This document shows positions 1-6,201 of a DNA stretch of 64,000 nt, piece by piece; the first letter of the stretch is position 1; the number at the start of each line of letters is the position of its first letter. The stretch spans positions 40,702 to 104,701 of the IMG/VR virus record IMGVR_UViG_3300028569_001145; one strand, 5' to 3'. Under the pieces are notes generated by a model. It had not been told where the DNA came from. It was given only the letters and a program-made list of their open reading frames with translations, and did not search any database. This stretch comes from a virus. A program made the translations under genes and the position numbers.

Positions 1-18
1 GGATCGAAAAGCACCGGC

Positions 19-32
19 AGTTCTTTGACATA
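19..32 (+). promoter_or_regulatory. rrn-type boxA antitermination-like element (AGTTCTTTGACAT)
   Basis: Resembles boxA (GCTCTTTAACA-type) and lies upstream of the tRNA array; identical core at 2795-2807. Confidence 0.55.
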
Positions 33-45
33 TTAGAAAAAATTT

Positions 46-128
46 GCAGATGTGGCGAAACTGGTAGACGCACTAGACTTAGGATCTAGCGTTGTAATGA
101 CATGGGGGTTCGATTCCCTTCATCTGCA
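46..128 (+). tRNA. trnL: tRNA-Leu(TAG)
   Basis: GCAGATG/CATCTGC acceptor, A discriminator, CTAGA-CTTAGGA-TCTAG anticodon arm, long variable arm, GGTTCGATT T loop. Confidence 0.95.
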
Positions 129-134
129 CAATAA

Positions 135-210
135 GCCCCCTTAGCTCAGTTGGTAGAGCTTCTGATTTGTAATCAGACGGTCGCAGGTTCGAGTCCTGCA
201 GGTGGCTCCA
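135..210 (+). tRNA. trnT: tRNA-Thr(TGT)
   Basis: Cloverleaf with TCTGA-TTTGTAA-TCAGA anticodon arm, GCAGG-TTCGAGT-CCTGC T arm and encoded CCA. Confidence 0.93.
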
Positions 211-212
211 AA

Positions 213-410
213 GTGAAACTTTTCCTACATAGGACGGATAAGCACCGTTGAAAGAGAACTTGGCTTCGTGGGAGTAGCTACCCAATGAAGTAATCATGTC
301 CCAAGTTGTAATGTGATGGACCCTGCTCTATGGTGCACTCATAACAGGTGAACAGTAAACTATGTTCAGTCAAATCCACAACTACGGTGAGCGTAGAGGA
401 TTAGTTTCAT
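213..410 (+). ncRNA. unassigned structured RNA, about 200 nt
   Basis: Nested pairings TGAAACT(214)/AGTTTCA(403), CTAC/GTAG, CACCGT(243)/ACGGTG(384), AACTTGG(257)/CCAAGTT(301), CTTC/GAAG, TGAACA(349)/TGTTCA(363); fills the gap between two tRNAs. Confidence 0.6.
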
Positions 411-416
411 TTAAAT

Positions 417-487
417 GGCGGATTGGTGTAATGGTAACATATTGGGCTCATAACCCAAAGTTTATAGTTCGAGTCTATAGTCCGCAA
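417..487 (+). tRNA. tRNA-Met(CAT), initiator-like
   Basis: TTGGG-CTCATAA-CCCAA arm with three consecutive G-C pairs and an unpaired 1:72 position, both initiator hallmarks. Confidence 0.88.
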
Positions 488-496
488 CTAAACGTA

Positions 497-614
497 CTTA
501 GTATCATACCATAAGAACTGCTACTAGGTCTTTTTACAACCTGTACCCTTGAAAAACTCGTATTTAAAGATAAGCAGGTTGGTTCCGAAATAAAAGGGTA
601 AGAGAATAAGGAAC
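497..614 (+). ncRNA. pseudoknotted structured RNA
   Basis: CTTAGTA/TACTAGG hairpin, then crossing helices CAACCTG(537)/CAGGTTG(575), TACCCTT(544)/AAGGGTA(594), GTTCC(582)/GGAAC(610). Confidence 0.5.
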
Positions 615-619
615 AAAAT

Positions 620-692
620 AGTCAGGTAGCTCAATGGTAGAGCGGGTCCGTAACAGGAGATGCCGTAGCAAGTTCGATTCTTGTCCTGACTA
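620..692 (+). ncRNA. tRNA-like unit 1 (no canonical anticodon arm)
   Basis: AGTCAGG..CCTGACT-A acceptor, GCTC/GAGC D stem, GCAAG-TTCGATT-CTTGT T arm; 24-nt irregular middle. Confidence 0.8.
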
Positions 693-717
693 CAAAAAAA
701 ATTAAAAAATAAATGTT

Positions 718-792
718 ATGAAAGATTATTACATTGACAACAGAGAGTATTACTTATGGTGTATTGAAAATAATGTAATACCATATTGTTAA
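718..792 (+). CDS. putative 24-aa peptide MKDYYIDNREYYLWCIENNVIPYC
   Basis: ATG..TAA fills the spacer between units 1 and 2, with an A-rich upstream tract; below the ORF-track cutoff. Confidence 0.3.
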   Translation: MKDYYIDNREYYLWCIENNVIPYC

Positions 793-797
793 AATAT

Positions 798-880
798 AGT
801 CAGGTGGCGGAATGGTAGACGCTCCGGGGAATGGACACCGGTTAGAAACCATGTTGCAGGTTCGAATCCTGTCCTGACTA
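798..880 (+). ncRNA. tRNA-like unit 2
   Basis: AGTCAGG TGGCGGAATGGTAGACGC [33 nt] GCAGGTTCGAATCCTGT CCTGACT A. Confidence 0.85.
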
Positions 881-964
881 CAAAGTGTTGTTCCATTGAG
901 AACGGAATGTATAAGAGTAAGACTAAACGTTGCTACAACACAGAGGATTTCTCACCCTCAACAT

Positions 965-1061
965 AGTCAGGTGGCGCAATTGGCAGACGTTGTTCCGAAG
1001 TACAAGGAATGTAAAATGGGTTCATACTCATAGCATGCAAGTTCGAATCTTGCCCTGACTA
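965..1061 (+). ncRNA. tRNA-like unit 3
   Basis: Same frame; middle has a TGTTCC/GGAATG hairpin (9-nt loop) and an ATGGGT/ACTCAT hairpin; T stem GCAAG/CTTGC is a compensatory variant. Confidence 0.85.
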
Positions 1062-1115
1062 CAAATTCAGTTATCGGTGGGCAAGTCTGAATTAAAACAA
1101 AATCTTGCCCAACAT

Positions 1116-1279
1116 AGTCAGGTGGCGGAATTGTTTGGCGCTGGGATAAAAACTGGGGCCTGAGACATTGGTAGACGCTATTATCTGAGACGCTGGGCGT
1201 GATTCTCGTTCGATTCGAGAAGTAGACTCTGGTGGGAGTAGGCGCAGCTCACTTACAGGTTCGAATCCTGTCCTGACTA
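1116..1279 (+). ncRNA. tRNA-like unit 4 (164 nt, with D-loop insertion and a second T-loop hairpin)
   Basis: Same frame; about 36-nt hairpin inside the D loop; internal TTCTCG-TTCGATT-CGAGAA. Confidence 0.8.
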
Positions 1280-1357
1280 CACAGAGTTATCTTATAATTT
1301 ATTCTACTCTTTCCAAAAACGGTATAAATTATGGCAGCTTGGAAAGACAAGCAATAC

Positions 1358-1484
1358 AGTCAGGTGGCGGAATGGTAGACGCAGGTTGGTATTAAGTGTC
1401 GGTAATCAAGACGGGTGTATAAGCAATAGAAGCCCTGAGAGAAAAGCACACCTCATCACACAGGTTCGAATCCTGTCCTGACTA
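1358..1484 (+). ncRNA. tRNA-like unit 5
   Basis: Same frame; 77-nt middle containing a GGTGT/ACACC helix. Confidence 0.85.
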
Positions 1485-1545
1485 CGGTTCTGTGCTGCCT
1501 AAACGTACAGGAGGATGTCAACTTTCCTCTAACAATAGTTGAGTT

Positions 1546-1618
1546 AGTCAGGTGGCGCAACGGTGACGCTGTGGAGTCGCTCTCTGCATTGATACAGGTT
1601 CGAATCCTGTCCTGACTA
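1546..1618 (+). ncRNA. tRNA-like unit 6
   Basis: Same frame; TGTGGAG-TCGCT-CTCTGCA hairpin replaces the anticodon arm. Confidence 0.85.
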
Positions 1619-1671
1619 CAAAAATACATCAACGTATTGGGGATCAAACCTCGTTAGGCTCTGGGTATTTT

Positions 1672-1806
1672 AGTCAGGTGGCGGAATTGGTAGACGCTCA
1701 TAAAGTTGTGGAATAGCACTTTGAAAAGAGAAAGCTCACATTATAGTTAGAAGCTATTTATGGATAGTTGCAAATAATACAGGTTCGAATCCTGTCCTGA
1801 CTACCA
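1672..1806 (+). ncRNA. tRNA-like unit 7 (encoded CCA)
   Basis: Same frame ending CCTGACT-A-CCA; 81-nt multibranched middle (CATAAA/TTTATG, AAAGT/ACTTT, GAG-AAAG-CTC). Confidence 0.85.
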
Positions 1807-1880
1807 AAAAAAATCGTAGTACCGAAAGGGAACAATGTAGAAGGAACATCTACAGCAGGTTAAGCGATATCCTGTATTTT

Positions 1881-1953
1881 GGACTTTTAGCTTAATTGGC
1901 CAGAGCGTGACACTGATAAAGTCAAGATACAGGTTCAAGTCCTGTAGAGTCCA
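1881..1953 (+). tRNA. trnI: tRNA-Ile(GAT), slightly atypical
   Basis: GGACTTT/AGAGTCC acceptor, TGACA-CTGATAA-AGTCA arm with a 31:39 mismatch, ACAGG-TTCAAGT-CCTGT T arm. Confidence 0.75.
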
Positions 1954-1969
1954 CACCTTAAAACCGATT

Positions 1970-2058
1970 CGGGTTCGTGAACAAGGGAGGCCCGTTCTTC
2001 TCGTGCAAGAAAGAAATCACGTTAAATCTCCTCATTCCAGGTGGCGGCGGTGACCTGG
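1970..2058 (+). ncRNA. pseudoknotted structured RNA plus GC hairpin
   Basis: CGGGT/GCCCG, crossing CGTGA/TCACG and GGAG/CTCC, TTCTT/AAGAA, then CCAGGT/ACCTGG. Confidence 0.45.
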
Positions 2059-2064
2059 TAATAT

Positions 2065-2136
2065 TACCTCCTCGTCTAACGGCAGGACAAGTGGTTTTGG
2101 TCCACTTAATCGAGGTTCGAATCCTTGGGAAGGTAG
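2065..2136 (+). tRNA. trnQ: tRNA-Gln(TTG)
   Basis: AGTGG-TTTTGGT-CCACT arm, CGAGG-TTCGAAT-CCTTG T arm, acceptor stem with one bulge. Confidence 0.85.
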
Positions 2137-2172
2137 CAATAGAGTTTTTGATTTTTGGACTATTTATATTAA

Positions 2173-2790
2173 ATGGTTAACATATCAAAGCTTAGAAAAT
2201 ATCATTTCCTATACAAGACTACTAATCTTGTAAATGGGAAGTACTACTATGGAATGCATTCAACAAATAACCTTAAAGACGGTTATTTAGGCAGTGGAAA
2301 GTACTTATGGTATGCGATTAAAAAATACGGGAAAGAAAATTTTTACATTGAAATTTTAAAGTTCTTTGAAACAAGGGAAGCTTTAATAGAAGCAGAAAAG
2401 AAACTTGTAACTGTTGTCGAAGTTAATAATTCAAATTGTATGAATTTAAAACCCGGAGGTAAGGGGGGATTTAAAGACTCTAAACATAGGGAAGCTTTTG
2501 TTAATAGTATACCTGTAGATAAAAAAAGAGAATATGCATTTAAAAGACATAAACAAGGTGTTTTCGGTTTTAAAGGTAAAAACCATAAACCTGAAACTAT
2601 TGAAAAGATGAAGTTACATAAAGGTAAACAAGCAAAAGAAAAGAATTCTCAGTTCGGAACAAAATGGATTACAAATGAGATTGAAAATAAAAAAATAAAA
2701 GTTACTGATCAGATTCCAGAAGGATGGAGAGCGGGTAGAAAAATAAAGTTGGATTTTAAGCAAGAAGTTCGTATAATTATAGCAACATAA
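2173..2790 (+). CDS. GIY-YIG (Seg-like) homing endonuclease with NUMOD3-type motif
   Basis: LYKTTNLVNGKYYYGMH..GYLGSG, catalytic E helix, MNLKPGG, FKGKNHKPETIEKMK. Confidence 0.88.
   Translation: MVNISKLRKYHFLYKTTNLVNGKYYYGMHSTNNLKDGYLGSGKYLWYAIKKYGKENFYIEILKFFETREALIEAEKKLVTVVEVNNSNCMNLKPGGKGGFKDSKHREAFVNSIPVDKKREYAFKRHKQGVFGFKGKNHKPETIEKMKLHKGKQAKEKNSQFGTKWITNEIENKKIKVTDQIPEGWRAGRKIKLDFKQEVRIIIAT
2749..2779 (+). promoter_or_regulatory. early/middle promoter TTG-N20-TATAATTA
   Basis: One of six copies with identical spacing. Confidence 0.7.
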
Positions 2791-3147
2791 AGGGAGTTCT
2801 TTGACATTTTAAAAACAAGAAAGGAAAAAACAAAATGGAAATTACATCATTCGTTTTAGGTATGCTTACGGTTACAGGTTTGGCAATTGCTGTACTTGTA
2901 GTTTTAGGTATAGTTAAGATTTACAACCAAGGCAAGAAAATTGCAGAATTAAAACAATCAATTGGATTAGTTGAAAACAATTCAAACGATTGGATTATGC
3001 AACTAGAAGAACAAATGTGCAGGAATTTTGATGACATTAGACGTGAGTATTCGTCTTATGTAGATTCACGTATTGACAGGCTTCAGTCAAATAAAAAGGA
3101 GGCAATAACTAAATAATCATTAACCCGTCAAAGAACTTTTCCTTTAT
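2787..3147 (+). repeat. long-range inverted repeat flanking ORF 2835-3116
   Basis: ATAAAGGGAGTTCTTTGAC (2787-2805) is complementary to GTCAAAGAACTTTTCCTTTAT (3127-3147) apart from a 2-nt bulge. Confidence 0.75.
2835..3116 (+). CDS. small membrane-anchored coiled-coil protein
   Basis: N-terminal hydrophobic helix, A-rich leader, own promoter. Confidence 0.75.
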   Translation: MEITSFVLGMLTVTGLAIAVLVVLGIVKIYNQGKKIAELKQSIGLVENNSNDWIMQLEEQMCRNFDDIRREYSSYVDSRIDRLQSNKKEAITK

Positions 3148-3149
3148 TT

Positions 3150-3223
3150 GGACCTTTAGCTCAGCAGGTTAGAGCAGCGCTCTCATAAAGCGAAGGTCTC
3201 TGGTTCGAATCCAGAATGGTCCA
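3150..3223 (+). tRNA. tRNA with CAT anticodon (Ile2-like or elongator Met)
   Basis: GGACCTT/ATGGTCC-A acceptor resembling Ile tRNAs; CGCT-CTCATAA-AGCG arm. Confidence 0.88.
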
Positions 3224-3254
3224 CAACGCAGTCAGATGCCCGTAGCTACGGTTT

Positions 3255-3287
3255 AAGGTCTATCATTAATTTGGTAGGCCTTTTTTT
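3255..3287 (+). terminator. intrinsic terminator closing the RNA operon
   Basis: GGTCTATCA/TGGTAGGCC stem followed by T7. Confidence 0.8.
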
Positions 3288-3308
3288 ATTTTACTATTTA
3301 TCAATGTT

Positions 3309-3461
3309 ATGGCACCAGCAAAAGGAAAATCAAAAACCACTTCAGTTATTACCAGGATTGAAAAGCCTAAAGTACGTCGTCCAGGAGTTCATGCAAAATC
3401 TAAAACATCTAAACTTAAACAAAGTAGAAATTACAAGAAGCTAAATAGAGGGCAAGGTTAA
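3309..3461 (+). CDS. 50-aa highly basic protein (not in ORF track)
   Basis: MAPAKGKSKTTSVITRIEKPKVRRPGVHAKSKTSKLKQSRNYKKLNRGQG, preceded by TATTTAT. Confidence 0.75.
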   Translation: MAPAKGKSKTTSVITRIEKPKVRRPGVHAKSKTSKLKQSRNYKKLNRGQG

Positions 3462-3492
3462 TTGCTTTCTTCTTATTTTATTCGTATATTTA
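3462..3492 (+). promoter_or_regulatory. early/middle promoter TTGC-N19-TATATTTA
   Basis: Same spacing as the other five copies. Confidence 0.7.
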
Positions 3493-3497
3493 CTGTT

Positions 3498-3728
3498 ATG
3501 AATAGTAGTTGGAGGATTATTGCTTTAAACCCTGATAAGAAGATAGGGGGTGTCTGGAGATTGAAAGATGATAAAAGGTTTTATTTAGGTGATTCTACTT
3601 CTTTCGGCTATATTGCAGAATTTTCAGTACGTAGTGGTTATATGTGGGCAAAGTGCGGTGGATCTAAAGTATACGGTATTCCAGAATTAAGAAGGTTTGA
3701 ATACGTTCTTTTAGAAGCTCTTTCCTAA
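3498..3728 (+). CDS. hypothetical protein
   Basis: ORF track; ATG at 3498 preferred because it follows the promoter. Confidence 0.55.
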   Translation: MNSSWRIIALNPDKKIGGVWRLKDDKRFYLGDSTSFGYIAEFSVRSGYMWAKCGGSKVYGIPELRRFEYVLLEALS

Positions 3729-3763
3729 GATACTACCTATTTATATAAAAGCGCTTTTTTAAA

Positions 3764-4297
3764 ATGAATAAACAATTTAACAGAATGCAGAAACTTGCCG
3801 GTATACTTACCGAAGGTTTATACACTACTCAAATGGATTTTGAATCTCCTGTTGCTACGGAAGGAAATGAAGTTCATGAGGAGGCGATGGATAATGTAGA
3901 GGGACCTATGCCCGAAGCTAGAAAGATGACCAAGGAGGAATTCAAATCTAAGATCCGTGAGATGATCTTGGCGGAAAGATCTCTTAGTGAAGCTAAGAAA
4001 AAGAAAGATAAAGAAGAGGATACTGCAGAGGAAGATGTTAATGTTGATATGGAACCTACCGGAGAAGAGGATGTTGATATGACTATGGATGTTCCACAGC
4101 CTGGTGATACTTCTATCGATATTAACGGTGACGGTGTTACTGATATTGATGCAGGATCTTCAGAAGCTAAAAAAGCCTTTGGTGATTTAACTGATGCTTT
4201 TCAAGCTGCTAAAGCTTTGGGAGATGAGAAGTTGATCCGTCAAATTGCAAACACAATTACATACTTTAATAAGAATATTATTCTAAAACAGGGTTAA
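3764..4297 (+). CDS. acidic putative internal-head protein
   Basis: N-terminal RMQKLAGILTE resembles the scaffold C-terminus RFKKLAGL; late motif upstream. Confidence 0.65.
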   Translation: MNKQFNRMQKLAGILTEGLYTTQMDFESPVATEGNEVHEEAMDNVEGPMPEARKMTKEEFKSKIREMILAERSLSEAKKKKDKEEDTAEEDVNVDMEPTGEEDVDMTMDVPQPGDTSIDINGDGVTDIDAGSSEAKKAFGDLTDAFQAAKALGDEKLIRQIANTITYFNKNIILKQG

Positions 4298-4319
4298 TCA
4301 AAATATCTGTGTTAGATTA

Positions 4320-4347
4320 AGGGGATATCTTAGGGTATCCCTTTTTT
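4320..4347 (+). terminator. intrinsic terminator
   Basis: GGGATATC/GGTATCCC stem followed by a T tract. Confidence 0.8.
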
Positions 4348-4392
4348 ATTTAGGTTTTACGTTACTATCTTCTTATTTATATACAAACTACT

Positions 4393-4824
4393 ATGAATGC
4401 TGATAATGTGTTTGGTCTGTTTGATTCTGAAGAAGTAGGCCCTGATGTTAAGAAGATTACAGATGTAACTCAATACCCTACTATTTTCATAAAGTTATTT
4501 GTTAAGTTTGTTAATAATATAGATCCTCTGAATGAGGTTATGGCTAAGACTTTGAAGAAGATGGGCGGTGATGCTGATCTTGAGAAATTAAAATACGCTA
4601 ACAAACTAATATCAGTAGCTAGAGCTTACGAAATAATACAGGAGTTCGATTTCCAGGATAACACACACGTTGAAGCTCTCCTTGAGGAAGATGCAGAAGA
4701 AGTACTTGCTGCTTGTACTTATATGCTACAGGTACTTACTCGATATGAGGAATATGAAAAATGTGCTTTTATTAAAGATTTGAAAGATTTTATAACTTTT
4801 TCTCAAAAGAAGTTGCTTTTGTGA
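4393..4824 (+). CDS. hypothetical protein with C-terminal UVR-like motif
   Basis: YEEYEKCAFIKDL. Confidence 0.65.
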   Translation: MNADNVFGLFDSEEVGPDVKKITDVTQYPTIFIKLFVKFVNNIDPLNEVMAKTLKKMGGDADLEKLKYANKLISVARAYEIIQEFDFQDNTHVEALLEEDAEEVLAACTYMLQVLTRYEEYEKCAFIKDLKDFITFSQKKLLL

Positions 4825-4909
4825 TTCCCTGTTCCTATATTAAGAACATGGGGTTTGAAAAAAAAGTTTGAAAAGAGGTTGGATAAAAGGATGTAAGTTA
4901 TTATATTAA
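4813..4909 (+). promoter_or_regulatory. two tandem early/middle promoters
   Basis: TTG at 4813 and 4879, each followed 23 nt later by TATATTAA. Confidence 0.65.
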
Positions 4910-4913
4910 GTAT

Positions 4914-5108
4914 ATGAGATATAGAAATCAAGTAAATGTTAAGTTAGATGTATTAGAAAATAATTTAAGGACATTAGAGCAGATTGTTCAAAGACAGTTA
5001 CCAGTCAAGGAGTATTTAGATACTTTAGAGAAAACTAAGAAAATATTAGAAGATGTGAAAGGTTTGATTAGTATTGAACCAACCACTAATGATGAAATCT
5101 CAAACTAA
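4914..5108 (+). CDS. hypothetical protein
   Basis: ORF track; follows promoter. Confidence 0.65.
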   Translation: MRYRNQVNVKLDVLENNLRTLEQIVQRQLPVKEYLDTLEKTKKILEDVKGLISIEPTTNDEISN

Positions 5109-5122
5109 CCTAAATTAAAGTT

Positions 5123-5911
5123 ATGAACTTAGCAGCAGAACAAATTCAAGCAAATTGGGAAGAATTCTTAGGGTATATTGACCGTTATATTGAATCTCCT
5201 AGAAAAGAGCAATTAACACAATTTTATTTAGACAGACAGGGTAGATTTATTTTGATGCCTGCTGCTAATACTACTAAGTACCATAACTGCTTCCCTGGCG
5301 GTTATGTTGAGCATGTTAATCGAGTAGTTAAAGCTTCTCTACATTTTGCAAAACTCTGGGAGAAGTTTGGATGTGATATGTCTACTTTTACTATTGAAGA
5401 ATTAGTTTTTGCTGCTCTCAATCACGATCTAGGTAAGGTAGGTGATACTGAGAATGATTTATATATTCCAGGTCAAGATGAGTGGAGAAGGAAAAACCTA
5501 GGTGAAGTTTATACATATAATACCCAGGTTGCTTTCATGACAGTACCGGACCGTTCTCTATTCTTATTACAGGATGCAGGTATTAGGGTTTCTATGAACG
5601 AAATGCTTGCGATCAGAACTCATGATGGTCTTTATGATGAAGCAAATAAAGGATATTTAATATCTAGAGTTCCAGAGAGCAGACCTAAATCAGCAATCGT
5701 TTATATCTTACACCAAGCCGACTTAATGGCTTCAGTGGTTGAATTAACTATCAACCCAGTTGAACAACCAAAGTCAAAGCAGTTTGCAATCGCAAAAGAA
5801 ACTACTCAAAAGAACCCAGTAACTCATCAACAACAAGCAAAAAATAAAGCTCTTTCAAATGTGCAAAGTGAAGGCTTAAAAAATGCAATGTCTAACTTTT
5901 TTGAAGCATAA
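5123..5911 (+). CDS. HD-domain phosphohydrolase (YhaM-like)
   Basis: YHNCFPGGYVEH, HDLGKVG, THDG, LHQAD motifs. Confidence 0.88.
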   Translation: MNLAAEQIQANWEEFLGYIDRYIESPRKEQLTQFYLDRQGRFILMPAANTTKYHNCFPGGYVEHVNRVVKASLHFAKLWEKFGCDMSTFTIEELVFAALNHDLGKVGDTENDLYIPGQDEWRRKNLGEVYTYNTQVAFMTVPDRSLFLLQDAGIRVSMNEMLAIRTHDGLYDEANKGYLISRVPESRPKSAIVYILHQADLMASVVELTINPVEQPKSKQFAIAKETTQKNPVTHQQQAKNKALSNVQSEGLKNAMSNFFEA

Positions 5912-6201
5912 TGGGACTACTTGTAAGCATATTAGGGATACTTGTTTTAGTTTTAGGGTATACAACCTTTAACCTTTTACGTAAAAATGAGAAACAGGAA
6001 GATGTGCTTGCACAATACCTAACATACATGGATAACATATCTAAACAGATAGAATATTCTGATGTAAAGTTAAATCAAATAGACGCTAAGGGTATCTTTA
6101 AATCTGATGATGAAATAGGTTGGTTTTTTGAACAGATAAAGAATCTGCAATTACAGTTAAATAATTTTAAATTACTCGATGACGGCAGAAGCAAAAAATA
6201 A
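5911..6201 (+). CDS. membrane-anchored hypothetical protein
   Basis: N-terminal TM helix; translationally coupled. Confidence 0.75.
   Translation: MGLLVSILGILVLVLGYTTFNLLRKNEKQEDVLAQYLTYMDNISKQIEYSDVKLNQIDAKGIFKSDDEIGWFFEQIKNLQLQLNNFKLLDDGRSKK

Noticed and set aside
1333-1352. GCTTG-GAAAGA-CAAGC hairpin as a separate RNA gene
   Set aside because: It is too short to assign and is treated as part of the structured spacer.
620-1806. CRISPR array
   Set aside because: The repeats are two alternating tRNA halves, the intervening lengths vary widely and fold on themselves, and there are no cas genes in the window.
620-1806. tmRNA or intron-containing tRNAs
   Set aside because: There is no G3-U70 Ala acceptor or tag ORF. 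The inserts are too short for group I/II introns, and I could not find an excision that restores a canonical anticodon arm.
79-2180. ORF-track ORFs 79-297(-), 1456-1647(-) and 1977-2180(+)
   Set aside because: They overlap tRNA or tRNA-like genes and read as tRNA shadow translations.
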